From Candidatus Binataceae bacterium (GTDB lineage Bacteria; Desulfobacterota; Binatia; Binatales; Binataceae), in NCBI GenBank assembly GCA_050011435.1, contig JBEKJC010000006.1, positions 86,754 to 150,753 of the forward strand: a stretch of DNA of 64,000 bases. Reading direction: 5' to 3'. Positions within the stretch are counted from its first letter, which is position 1, and each line of letters opens with the position of its first letter. Both the position numbers and the translations under genes were made by a program. This document shows positions 38,536 to 48,201 of this stretch, one piece after another. The notes under the pieces are model-generated. The model was not told the DNA's origin. It ran no database searches and was given only the letters and a program-made list of their open reading frames with translations.

Positions 38536-40251
38536 ATGGCGACTGCGCGCAGCGGCTTCGAATCGATCCTGCTCGATCGCTCGTGGGTATCGCCACAAGA
38601 TCTCGCAAAGGCTCATCAGCGCAAGAAACCGGGACAGGAGATTGCCGACGTCCTGATTGACATGGGCGCGCTCGAACCGCAGCGCCTGGCCCGCGCGCTG
38701 GCGCAGGAATACGGCCTGCCCTTTCAGGCCCATATCGACGCCGCCACTCTCGAAAACGACTTGGTCGCGAAAGTCCCGATAAATTACGCCAAGCGCAACC
38801 GCTTGCTGCCGGTCGCGAGCGATGGCGCGACGGTCACGGTGGCGATAGCCGATCCCGCCAATTACGAACCGCTCGACGACCTACACGTGCTCTTCGGCAA
38901 GCCGATCGTGGCGGTAGTGGCGCCGGCCGAGGTTATCAACGAGGCGATCAACCGCGCCTACGACCAGGCGGCGACGACCACGGCCCATGACCTGATGATC
39001 GATCTCGAGGAGGACCGGCTCGACCAGGTCGCGAGCGAACTGGCGTCGGAGCCGCGCGACTTGCTCGAGGCCGACGATGCCGCGCCGATTATCCGGCTGG
39101 TCAACGGGCTGCTGTCGCAGGCGGTGAAGGACCGCGCGAGCGATATCCATATCGAGGTGTTCGAGCGCGACCTGGTGGTGCGCTTTCGCGTTGACGGCAT
39201 GCTCTTCGACGTGTTGACGCCGCAGAAGCGTTTTCACGCGGCGATCGCCTCGCGCATCAAGGTCATGTCGGGCCTCAACATCGCGGAGAAGCGGCTACCG
39301 CAGGACGGGCGCATCCGGCTGCGCATCGCCGGGCGCGACATCGATATCCGGGTCTCGACCATCCCGACGGCATTCGGCGAGCGGATCGTGCTGCGATTGT
39401 TGGACCGGGCGCAGGCGCTGGTCGATGTGAACCTGGACCGGCTGGGATTCTCGGGCGACAATCTGCCCAAAATCGAGCGGCTGATTCATCAGAGCCATGG
39501 CATTATCCTGGCGACTGGCCCGACCGGTTCGGGCAAGACGACGACGCTGTACGCATGCCTCAGCCGGATCAATTCACCTGAAAAGAACATCATCACGATC
39601 GAAGATCCGATCGAGTATCAGCTCCACGGTGTCGGCCAGATGCAGGTCAGTCCGAAGATCGAGCTGACCTTCGCCAACGGGCTGCGTTCGATTTTGCGCC
39701 AGGATCCCGACGTGATCATGGTCGGTGAAATCCGCGACAGCGAGACCGCCGAGATCGCGATCCAGGCGGCGCTAACCGGGCATCTGGTGTTCTCGACGCT
39801 GCATACCAACGACTCCTTCGGCGCGCTGACGCGGCTGATCGACATGGGGATCGAGCCTTTCCTGGTGTCGTCGTCGGTAATCGCGGTGCTGGCGCAGCGC
39901 CTGCTGCGCGTGGTGTGCAACGATTGCCGCCAGCCGTACAACCCGACCGAAGCGGAGCTCACCCGGATCGGTCTCGGCGGAGTGCGCCTGACCAAGCCGA
40001 TCTATCGGCCAGCCGGATGCAAGGCCTGCCGCAATACCGGATATCGCGGCCGTACCGCCATCACCGAACTGATGGTGGTCGATGACGATGTGCGGGGCCT
40101 CGTGATGCAGAAGGCTGACGGCTCGATGATCCGGCGCGCGTGCACCGCCAAGGGCATGAAGCTGCTGCGCCAGGATGGCGCCGATCGCATCCTGGCGGGG
40201 CAAACCACGGTCGAGGAGTTGTTGCGCGTTACGCAGGAAGACCTCGCCTAG
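38536..40251 (+). CDS. gspE: Type II secretion system ATPase GspE
   Basis: N1E domain, Walker A GPTGSGKTTTL, Asp/His boxes, and a tetracysteine motif (CNDCRQ...CKACRNTGYRGR). Confidence 0.95.
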   Translation: MATARSGFESILLDRSWVSPQDLAKAHQRKKPGQEIADVLIDMGALEPQRLARALAQEYGLPFQAHIDAATLENDLVAKVPINYAKRNRLLPVASDGATVTVAIADPANYEPLDDLHVLFGKPIVAVVAPAEVINEAINRAYDQAATTTAHDLMIDLEEDRLDQVASELASEPRDLLEADDAAPIIRLVNGLLSQAVKDRASDIHIEVFERDLVVRFRVDGMLFDVLTPQKRFHAAIASRIKVMSGLNIAEKRLPQDGRIRLRIAGRDIDIRVSTIPTAFGERIVLRLLDRAQALVDVNLDRLGFSGDNLPKIERLIHQSHGIILATGPTGSGKTTTLYACLSRINSPEKNIITIEDPIEYQLHGVGQMQVSPKIELTFANGLRSILRQDPDVIMVGEIRDSETAEIAIQAALTGHLVFSTLHTNDSFGALTRLIDMGIEPFLVSSSVIAVLAQRLLRVVCNDCRQPYNPTEAELTRIGLGGVRLTKPIYRPAGCKACRNTGYRGRTAITELMVVDDDVRGLVMQKADGSMIRRACTAKGMKLLRQDGADRILAGQTTVEELLRVTQEDLA

Positions 40252-40281
40252 CGTGCGCGCCGTCCATCTGGACTAATCCCA

Positions 40282-41511
40282 ATGCCGGTATTCGCTTACC
40301 GCGGTTTGTCCGCCAACGGGCGCTCGATCGCCGGTGTGATCGACGCCGACAGCGCCCGCAGCGCGCGCGGCAAGTTGCGCGACCTCGGGATTTTCCCGAC
40401 CGACCTGGGCGAAGAGGCGGCCGCCGCGCGCGGCTCGGGATGGTCGCTGCGCAGCCTGCTGCCGGTAATGCAGCGCCGTATACCGGCGACGGAACTGGCC
40501 CTGATGACGCGGCAGATGAGTGCCCTGCTGGGCGCCGGCGTGCAACTGACCGAAACCCTGGGCACGCTCGCGGAGCAGGCCACGCGGCCCGCCGTCAAGC
40601 GGATGCTCTCGCAAGTGCGCGAGGCCGTGCGCGAGGGCTCTTCGCTGGCCGACGCGCTAGCGGTGCATCCCGACATCTTTTCCGATCTTTACGTCGGGAT
40701 GGTGCGGGCAGGTGAGACTGCCGGAGCGCTCGAGGCGGTGCTCGATCGGCTGGCGGAATACAGCGAGCGCCAGGCCGAGTTCGTCTCCAAGGTACGCGGC
40801 GCGCTGACCTATCCGATCATCATGATGTGCGTCGGTCTCGCGATCATGGGCTTTCTGGTCAGTTACGTGGTGCCGCAAATCGCGACGATCTTTCAGCAGC
40901 AGCATGCGGCGCTGCCGACCATGACGCGTTGGCTGATAGCGTTCTCCGACTTCCTGACGACGTACTGGCTGGTACTGTTGATCGCCCTGGTGGGGCTGGC
41001 GGCCGCAATCCTGGCCGGACTCTCGAGCAAGCGCGGACGCCGGCTCTACGATGGGTGGCTGCTGCGCGTGCCATACCTCGGCCCGACCGTGATTCGAATC
41101 ATCTGCGCGCGGTTTGCGCGAACGCTCGCGACCCTGCTTTCGAGCGGCGTGCAGTTACTGCCGGCACTGACGGCCGTGCGCCGCGTCGTCACCAACGGCC
41201 TGCTGGCCGATGCGGTTGACGAAAGCCGCGAAAGTATCCGCGAGGGCCATGGCATGGGCCAGACGCTCGCCCGCAGCGGACTCTTTCCGCCGCTGTTGAT
41301 CGAGATGATCAAGGTCGGCGAACGATCCGGCGATCTCGAGCGGATGCTCGAACGGGTGGCCGACAATTATGAGCGCGAGGTGGAATCCTCGCTGCGCCAG
41401 ATGACCACCATGATCGAGCCGTTGATGACACTGGTGATGGCCGGGATGATATTGTTTATGATGTTGGCAGTACTGATGCCAATCTTTCAACTCAACCAGC
41501 TTATGCAGTGA
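40282..41511 (+). CDS. gspF: Type II secretion system inner-membrane platform protein GspF
   Basis: Two T2SSF repeats and three TM segments. Canonical position after gspE. Confidence 0.95.
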   Translation: MPVFAYRGLSANGRSIAGVIDADSARSARGKLRDLGIFPTDLGEEAAAARGSGWSLRSLLPVMQRRIPATELALMTRQMSALLGAGVQLTETLGTLAEQATRPAVKRMLSQVREAVREGSSLADALAVHPDIFSDLYVGMVRAGETAGALEAVLDRLAEYSERQAEFVSKVRGALTYPIIMMCVGLAIMGFLVSYVVPQIATIFQQQHAALPTMTRWLIAFSDFLTTYWLVLLIALVGLAAAILAGLSSKRGRRLYDGWLLRVPYLGPTVIRIICARFARTLATLLSSGVQLLPALTAVRRVVTNGLLADAVDESRESIREGHGMGQTLARSGLFPPLLIEMIKVGERSGDLERMLERVADNYEREVESSLRQMTTMIEPLMTLVMAGMILFMMLAVLMPIFQLNQLMQ

Positions 41512-41581
41512 TGGCTGCCTTCGGTGTTAATTGGCGCCAGTGATAATTGCGGCAATGATGCCCAACTCAAGGATGAAAACG

Positions 41582-42022
41582 ATGCGTGACAGGCTCCGCC
41601 GATCTCAGGAAGGTTTCACCCTGATCGAACTCATGGTGGTCATCTTGATCATCGGACTGCTGGCCACGATCGTGGTACAGAACCTCAAGGGCGCGACCGA
41701 CAAGGCCAAACGAATCAAGGCGCAGGCGGATATCTCGGCGTTCAAGACTGCGCTCGATCGCTATTACCTCGACAACGGCGCATACCCTTCAAGCGACCAA
41801 GGACTGGCGGCGTTGGTCAGCGCACCGCAAAACGGCAAGGTGCCGGCCGATTATCCTTCTGGCGGATACATCGAAAAAATTCCGAACGATCCGTGGGGCA
41901 ACCCATACGTCTATCAGAGCGACGGCGACAATTACGTGCTGAAGTCGTACGGCGCCGATGGAGTCGAGGGCGGCACCGGGAAGAACGCGGATATTGACGG
42001 CAGCAGCAACGGCGGCGGCTAG
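41582..42022 (+). CDS. gspG: Major pseudopilin GspG
   Basis: Prepilin leader + GFTLIELMVVILIIGLLA. The GspG-specific DPWGNPYVY calcium-binding region. Confidence 0.9.
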   Translation: MRDRLRRSQEGFTLIELMVVILIIGLLATIVVQNLKGATDKAKRIKAQADISAFKTALDRYYLDNGAYPSSDQGLAALVSAPQNGKVPADYPSGGYIEKIPNDPWGNPYVYQSDGDNYVLKSYGADGVEGGTGKNADIDGSSNGGG

Positions 42023-42087
42023 CGCAAGCGCGACCCTTGCCGAAGCTTTGGCGCCATTGGGCCACAAGGCGAATCGTTGACAATTTG

Positions 42088-42645
42088 ATGCGCGAAACAC
42101 GACCGCCGCGAGCTTATCGACGCTTCCAGCGCGGCTTCACGTTGCTCGAACTGGCGGTCGTGATGTTCCTGATCGGGCTCGTGATGACGATCGCGATGCC
42201 CTACTTCGGCAGCATGCAGACCTCGCAGATGCGCAGCGAAGCGCGCCGCCTGGCCAGCCGCGCCAACTATCTTTATCAGGAGGCGGGGGCGCAGAAGGTG
42301 ATCCTGCGCCTGACCTTCGATCTCGCCAATAACGGATACTTCGCCTCGCGCTTAGACCCGTTCGCGGTCAAGCCCGCGTTCCTTCCGGAAAATGGACCGG
42401 CCGGCGTGCGCGTCGTGATGCCCGCGGGTGTCTGGATTCGCGATGTCACGGTCGAGGGGCTGGGGACCGTGCGGCGCGGACTCGTGAGCGCCCAGTTCTA
42501 TCCGGGCGGTTCCGTGGACGCGACTCTGATTCATCTGGCCGACAGCAAGGGCGAGGTCTTCACGCTGGCGATCGATCCATTCAGCGGCCACGTTTCGATC
42601 GTTCGGGGCGACGTGGGTCCCACACGCGGCGGGGCCTCCCAGTGA
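42088..42645 (+). CDS. gspH: Minor pseudopilin GspH-like
   Basis: RGFTLLELAVVMFLIGLV prepilin N-terminus at an internal ATG (42088). Confidence 0.75.
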   Translation: MRETRPPRAYRRFQRGFTLLELAVVMFLIGLVMTIAMPYFGSMQTSQMRSEARRLASRANYLYQEAGAQKVILRLTFDLANNGYFASRLDPFAVKPAFLPENGPAGVRVVMPAGVWIRDVTVEGLGTVRRGLVSAQFYPGGSVDATLIHLADSKGEVFTLAIDPFSGHVSIVRGDVGPTRGGASQ

Positions 42646-43139
42646 AGTGCGAAGAGGTTGCGCACGCCGATCGGGCGGCCGTCGCAAACGGGGCATCGTG
42701 CAACGCGCGCAGTGGTTTTACGCTGCTGGAGGTGATGATCGCGGTCGCCTTTATCGGAATCGCGATGCTCGCGCTGCTGTCGCTGCATCAGAGCAACCTC
42801 GCCTCTGTAATTCGCGCGCAAGACCTGACCCGCGCGTCGATGCTCGGGCAGCAATTGATGAGCACGGCCGAGGCGGAGCGTTTCCCGCTACCGGGGCAGA
42901 CCCGCGGCGACTTTTCCCGTGATTATCCGGGCCTGTACCAGAATTTCCGCTGGGAGCGCACGGTTGATGTGCTGCCGGAGTTCCCCGACGTGCGGCGCGT
43001 GCGCATCAGCATCATCTACGGCCATCGCTTCGGCCGCCGCTTCAACTTGCTGGAATTCATGCACAACCCCACTCCTCCGCAAATTCCCGGACTGAACGCC
43101 GGCGCCAATTCAAGCGCCTCGGACGATGCGGTCCAATGA
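42642..43139 (+). CDS. gspI: Minor pseudopilin GspI-like
   Basis: SGFTLLEVMIAVAFIGIAMLALL prepilin N-terminus. GTG start overlapping the gspH stop. Confidence 0.75.
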   Translation: MKCEEVAHADRAAVANGASCNARSGFTLLEVMIAVAFIGIAMLALLSLHQSNLASVIRAQDLTRASMLGQQLMSTAEAERFPLPGQTRGDFSRDYPGLYQNFRWERTVDVLPEFPDVRRVRISIIYGHRFGRRFNLLEFMHNPTPPQIPGLNAGANSSASDDAVQ

Positions 43140-43819
43140 TGCGTGCCCCACGCCTCCGCGAGCATCGCCCCTACGCCGCCGCGTTTACGCTGATCGAGAT
43201 CATGCTCGCGGTCGCGATCCTGGGGATGGTGCTGCTGATGCTCGCGGAATCGTTTCATGCGGTGGCAGGCAGCAAGGTCCACGGGGAGAATCGGATTGCG
43301 ATCGATCAGGCGGCGCGCACGATACTGTCGCAGATGAGCAACGAATTGCGTGGCGCGGTGCAAACTCCGTTTATCGCGAGCCGCGTAATTCTGCTGGGTA
43401 ACGCGCGCAAGGAAGGGGGCGCGCCAATGGACACCTTCACCGTATCGACGCTCGACCCGGGCCATCGGCGCAGCCTCGAGGGCTTCGGGCCGGAAGATAC
43501 GGTTGCCTACGTCACCACGCCAAATCCAGACCATCGCGGATGGTTCCTGTTGAAGCGGATTCAGTACAGTAGCCTGCTGACAAAGCCACCCACTCTCGAA
43601 AATTCGTCGCCAGTGCTGCTGGCCAACAACCTGATCTCACTCCATCTCCGTTATTTTGACGGCACGAACTGGCGCGAAAGCTGGGATTCGACCAGCCTCG
43701 CAGCCGGGCAAGCGCTGCCCGCGGAAATCGCCATTGACCTCAAAATGGGTTCGGGCGGCGGCGCCGCGCTCACGCTGTCCACCGCGGTCTCACCGCCGAT
43801 GGCTTTCCAGGCATGGTAG
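43136..43819 (+). CDS. gspJ: Minor pseudopilin GspJ
   Basis: AAFTLIEIMLAVAILG prepilin N-terminus. GspJ-like LRYFDGTNW...W region. ATGA overlap with gspI. Confidence 0.8.
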   Translation: MMRAPRLREHRPYAAAFTLIEIMLAVAILGMVLLMLAESFHAVAGSKVHGENRIAIDQAARTILSQMSNELRGAVQTPFIASRVILLGNARKEGGAPMDTFTVSTLDPGHRRSLEGFGPEDTVAYVTTPNPDHRGWFLLKRIQYSSLLTKPPTLENSSPVLLANNLISLHLRYFDGTNWRESWDSTSLAAGQALPAEIAIDLKMGSGGGAALTLSTAVSPPMAFQAW

Positions 43820-44787
43820 CGCCGGTCTTGAAGCTGATTCGGCGGGCGCGCCGGCCCGAGCGCGGAATCGCCCTGCTCGCGACGCTGCTTGCAATCGCGC
43901 TGATGACGATCCTGGTGGTCGATTTTGCCACCTCGGCGGCGCTCGGCTATCGTGCCGCCGCCAACCAGGCGGACGAATTGCGCGCGCTCTACCTCGCACG
44001 ATCGGCGATCCAGGTAGGGATCGCGATACTCGAGCGCGACTCGATCAGCGACGCGCAGCAGAAGACCCCATACGACTCGCTCACGGATGTCTGGGCAATC
44101 AAAGTTCCGCCGATTCCGGTCGAGGGCGGGACGGTCTCAGTCTCGATCATTGACGAGGCGCGCAAGCTCAATATCAATCAGCTTTACAATTTGCGTGCGC
44201 GCCAGGTTGACGACAAATTCGCCCAGGTGATTGCGCGGCTATTCGAGGGTATCGGCGTCTCAACCGATCTCATCCCGGTGCTGGTTGACTGGCTGGATCC
44301 CGACAGCGTCGAATCGCCGGGAGGCGCCGAAGCCGATTATTATTTGGGCCTGACGCCACCGTACGAGCCGCGCAACGGTCCGATGCCGACGATTGGCGAC
44401 CTGCGCGCGCTCAAGGGCGTGGACGACGCGGCCTTCATGCAACTCGCGCAATACCTGACCACGGCGCCCGAGGCGCGCATCAACGCCAACACCGCGTCGC
44501 CGGAGGTGCTGGCGGCGCTGACGCCGGAGTTGTCGAATAGCCCCGATCTGGTCAAGGCCATCATCACAGCGCGCGAGTACCGTCCATTTCTCGCGGTAAC
44601 CGATGTCGCGAATCTGCCGGGTATCGGACAGTTCGCCGCGCGTCTGACCCCGCTGTTAACCACGCGCAGCTCTTACTTTACGATTATCGGTCAGGGAGAA
44701 TTTGCCGGGGCGCGCCGGCGCATCTATGCGGTCTTTCGGCGCAATTCGAATGGCTCCGCGATGCTGATAAGCTGGCACGAAGATTAG
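43813..44787 (+). CDS. gspK: Minor pseudopilin GspK
   Basis: GIALLATLLAIALMTILVVDFA N-terminus. GspK size and position. NINQL... helix-hairpin-helix-like C-terminal region. Confidence 0.85.
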   Translation: MVAPVLKLIRRARRPERGIALLATLLAIALMTILVVDFATSAALGYRAAANQADELRALYLARSAIQVGIAILERDSISDAQQKTPYDSLTDVWAIKVPPIPVEGGTVSVSIIDEARKLNINQLYNLRARQVDDKFAQVIARLFEGIGVSTDLIPVLVDWLDPDSVESPGGAEADYYLGLTPPYEPRNGPMPTIGDLRALKGVDDAAFMQLAQYLTTAPEARINANTASPEVLAALTPELSNSPDLVKAIITAREYRPFLAVTDVANLPGIGQFAARLTPLLTTRSSYFTIIGQGEFAGARRRIYAVFRRNSNGSAMLISWHED

Positions 44788-44834
44788 GCGTGCGGCGGGA
44801 CGACGAAGGTCATCGCGGAGAAGCGGAGATAAGG

Positions 44835-46298
44835 ATGGGGCTGCGAATCATGGCGCTGGAGTTGGCCGGCGAGCGGGTGCGCGCGGCGATTGCCGATCGC
44901 TCCTGGAACTCGCTCGAGCTGATCGGCGCGTGGGAGCAGCAACGCGGGCAGGACGAAGCCGACCTCGTGCCGGCGATCATGCGGATCATCGACGCGGCCG
45001 GCCATCCCGATATCCTGGTCTCGGCGCTGCCGGGCGAGTTCGTCGCCAAGCGGGTGCTCGCGCTGCCCTTTAGCGATCGGCGCCGGCTCGCGCAGGTGGT
45101 GCCATTCGCGCTCGAGGAGCATCTGCCGTTTCCGGTTGACGACGCCGCAGTCGCCTTCGCGCGCGTCGGCCGCGAGGATGCCAAGACCCTCGTCATCGCG
45201 GCCATCGCCCGCAAAGCGGATGTGCAAAGGCATCTCGAATTGCTGGCACGCGCGGGACTCGATCCCAAGGTCGTCACGCTCGGGACGCTCGCGTTGGCGG
45301 GCTTGCTGGCGCGTGCGCGCAACGGCGCGGGCGGCGCTCATCTGGTGGTCGACATCGATCACGCTTCGACCTCGATGGTGCTGATCGACTCGCGCGGCAC
45401 GCCACGGGCGGTGCGCACCGTCAGCCGCGGCATCGATCCGCACGACGGCGACGCCGCCCTGCCCATACCCGCAGCCGCGGTGATCCTGGGCGCGGTGCGC
45501 CAGACCCTGCTCGCGCATGGCTCGGACGAGGCGCCGCCCGATCTCGTGTTGACCGGCGCGGCCGCGGCCACGCCCGCGGTTCGCGAACAGATCGGCGGCG
45601 GACTGGCCGTGCCGATCCATTACGTTGACGAATTCGATTGCTCGTCGTTCTTCGCCGGCAGTCGCACGGAGCCGGTCGCCTTCGCGCCGTGTCTCGCGAT
45701 GTTGCTGGCCGAGGCCCCCAGCAAGCCGCTCGAGCTGCTGAATTTCCGCCAGGGCGAATTTGCCTTTCGCGGACTGACGGGCCGGCTGGGTCCGCTGCGG
45801 CTCACGACCACGCTGGCCGCGGTGGCAATCGTTCTTGCGTTGCTGAATTTCCTGATCGGGGTCGCGGTCAACGCTCGGCAGTTGCATCTGTTGAATCGCC
45901 AGATCGCGGAGGTCACCGCACCCGCTCTGGGTGACACGGACCCGGCCATGGCGCAGACCGCGCTGAAGCAAAAGATTGCCGCGATGCGCAAGCGGCTGCA
46001 TCTGATGGGCGGTAACCTCGGCCACGGGTCGCCGCTCGACGAGCTGCTCGCGCTTTCCCGCGCGATTCCGCCCGGAGTGCCGATGCAGGTGAACGACCTC
46101 GTGGTGGACGACAGCGGACTCAAGATTGAAGGCACCGCGGATTCCTTTGCCACGGTTGACCAGGTCAAAAAGGCGCTCGAACGGACGCCGGAATTCGGAT
46201 CGATCCAGGTCGAACATGCGACCGCCGGTTCGGATCCCGGCAAGATCGATTTCCGACTCAACGTGACGCCGCGGGAAAGCGCGACGGGAGCCGACTAG
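44835..46298 (+). CDS. gspL: Type II secretion system protein GspL (PilM-like cytoplasmic actin-fold domain + TM + periplasmic domain)
   Basis: MGLRIMALELAGERVRAAIAD actin-like N-domain, a single TM (TTLAAVAIVLALLNFLIGV), and a periplasmic C-domain. GGAGA SD. Confidence 0.75.
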   Translation: MGLRIMALELAGERVRAAIADRSWNSLELIGAWEQQRGQDEADLVPAIMRIIDAAGHPDILVSALPGEFVAKRVLALPFSDRRRLAQVVPFALEEHLPFPVDDAAVAFARVGREDAKTLVIAAIARKADVQRHLELLARAGLDPKVVTLGTLALAGLLARARNGAGGAHLVVDIDHASTSMVLIDSRGTPRAVRTVSRGIDPHDGDAALPIPAAAVILGAVRQTLLAHGSDEAPPDLVLTGAAAATPAVREQIGGGLAVPIHYVDEFDCSSFFAGSRTEPVAFAPCLAMLLAEAPSKPLELLNFRQGEFAFRGLTGRLGPLRLTTTLAAVAIVLALLNFLIGVAVNARQLHLLNRQIAEVTAPALGDTDPAMAQTALKQKIAAMRKRLHLMGGNLGHGSPLDELLALSRAIPPGVPMQVNDLVVDDSGLKIEGTADSFATVDQVKKALERTPEFGSIQVEHATAGSDPGKIDFRLNVTPRESATGAD

Positions 46299-46301
46299 GC
46301 C

Positions 46302-47009
46302 ATGGCCGTGAACTTGAGGGAACTGCCGGAGAAGCTGCGGACGGCGGCGGGCGAGCGGATGCGCGCGCTCGCGGGCGCCCCGATGGTGCGCAAATCGATC
46401 GATCGCGCCAAGACCATCGTTGGCCGCGGGGCCGAGGAGTTGGGGCGCCGCATCGCGCCGGCCTGGCAGGCCGCGCACGGCTGGTACTCCAAACGCGAGC
46501 AGCGCGAAAAGCTCTTGCTGCGCATCTTCGGTGCGGTCCTCGGGGTGATCGTGCTCTACAATTTCATCTATCTGCCGTTTGTCGGCCTGGGCGAGGGTTT
46601 CGGCGACCGGGTGGTGACGCGCCAGCAACAATTGGCCGAGGTCCGCACCATGATGCGCTCGTACCAGCAAATTAAAGTCGAACTCGCCGCGACCGAAAAG
46701 CGCACCGTGCGAAGCAAGGACTTTTCGCTCTTTTCGATCATCGAGCAGTCCCTGACCAGGAGCGTCGGCCGCGACAAAATCAGCTCGATAACGCCGTCGG
46801 ACCGGACGGTGCCGGGCGGTTATCAGCAGTTCACGGTCGATCTCAAGTTGGCGGGACTTAACCTTGCGCAAATTGTCGACGCGCTTTACGGCGTGCAGAC
46901 GCTGCCGATGCCGGTGACGGTCTCCAACCTGCACCTGCGTCAGCGCACCCAGGACCCGCATTCCTACGACGTCGATATGACCTGCATGTCGTTGGGCCGC
47001 AATGGCTGA
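46302..47009 (+). CDS. gspM: Type II secretion system protein GspM-like
   Basis: Single TM (ILLRIFGAVLGVIVLYNFIYLPF) plus a periplasmic domain. Canonical position. Confidence 0.7.
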   Translation: MAVNLRELPEKLRTAAGERMRALAGAPMVRKSIDRAKTIVGRGAEELGRRIAPAWQAAHGWYSKREQREKLLLRIFGAVLGVIVLYNFIYLPFVGLGEGFGDRVVTRQQQLAEVRTMMRSYQQIKVELAATEKRTVRSKDFSLFSIIEQSLTRSVGRDKISSITPSDRTVPGGYQQFTVDLKLAGLNLAQIVDALYGVQTLPMPVTVSNLHLRQRTQDPHSYDVDMTCMSLGRNG

Positions 47010-47871
47010 AAAAGCCGCAACGATGCCGGCCGCGGGATCGATTCGCGGGCGCTCTGCAATCATCGCATGTGCGGTGATTGGCGTGGCGGTCTTCGCGGCC
47101 TTCCTGGTCGCCGACTTTCCCTATAGCGATACGCTCACGTCGATGCTCGCCCCGTACCAATTGAAGCTCACCTACCAGTCGCAGCACCTCAGTCCGCCGA
47201 TCGGCGCTACGCTGACCGACGTGCGCCTGTTCTCGACCGCGGGAATCAATGACGAGGCGTTGCTACAAAGTCCTGCCGTGACGCTCGCACCAACGCTCGC
47301 GGCGCTGCTGCTCGGGCGGCGGGGTATGCACGTGCATGCAGAACTCTATGGCGGTACGGTCCATGTGACGATTTATCAGTATGCTGACAACGTCGATTTG
47401 AAATTCAACCTGGATTCACTGAAGCTCGGGGAGAGCCCGCCGCTAAGGCAGCTGGGCGTGATTTTGAACGGCGATTTGTCGGGTGCCGGCACCGCGCATA
47501 TCGCCGGGCCGAAGCTTCCCGACGATCGCGCCGCGATGGTGATAACCGGCGATAACCTCGCGTTTTCGGTCGTCCGTGGCTTCCCCGCGATCCATCTCGG
47601 GACGCTGACCGGAAATCTCCAATTGGATCAGGGCGCGATCAAGCTGACCGATATCGTCGCGCATGGTGCGGACCTCGACCTCAAGGGCGCCGGCACTATT
47701 GAACTCGGCGACAGCCCCGACGACAGCACCATCGACGTGACCTTCTATCTCATTCCGACACAGAGCGGCCGCGATCATTTCGGCTTCTTCCTCAAGCTGC
47801 TGCCGCATCCGCCGGGCCCCGACGCACCCTATATCCTCCAGGGCTATCTGCGGTCGCCGTCGATCAACTGA
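47002..47871 (+). CDS. gspN: Type II secretion system protein GspN-like
   Basis: N-terminal TM plus a periplasmic domain. Last gene of the gsp operon. Overlaps the gspM stop. Confidence 0.65.
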   Translation: MAEKAATMPAAGSIRGRSAIIACAVIGVAVFAAFLVADFPYSDTLTSMLAPYQLKLTYQSQHLSPPIGATLTDVRLFSTAGINDEALLQSPAVTLAPTLAALLLGRRGMHVHAELYGGTVHVTIYQYADNVDLKFNLDSLKLGESPPLRQLGVILNGDLSGAGTAHIAGPKLPDDRAAMVITGDNLAFSVVRGFPAIHLGTLTGNLQLDQGAIKLTDIVAHGADLDLKGAGTIELGDSPDDSTIDVTFYLIPTQSGRDHFGFFLKLLPHPPGPDAPYILQGYLRSPSIN

Positions 47872-48201
47872 AAAGATCATTTCGCCCGAATAGGCATGCG
47901 CGCCTATCCTCGCGCACTTGGTCAACCGCCGCCGCTCCGTCACACACAGACTTTAGAAGCTGAAGCCGGGCCAAGCCGCCGCGCAAACATCTTTGCGCGC
48001 GGCGCCCTACAAAAAGGAGTACACTGTTTCGAAGTGAGTGCAGGGGGGCCGGATTCCGCAGCCCGCACAGGGCGAGTCCCGAGCCGAAAATCTTTTTTTA
48101 CAAAACAAACCCATTCCATGAGCCTTGCCGCGAGGTTTCCGTCGAGACACAATCGCTATCGGCGCATTTCGGCGCGATTTTCACCCGATCTTGGAGTCAT
48201 T

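Noticed and set aside
47985-48004. Inverted repeat CGCGCAAA-CATC-TTTGCGCG after gspN
   Set aside because: Short stem without a T-tract. Cannot distinguish a terminator from chance in GC-rich DNA.
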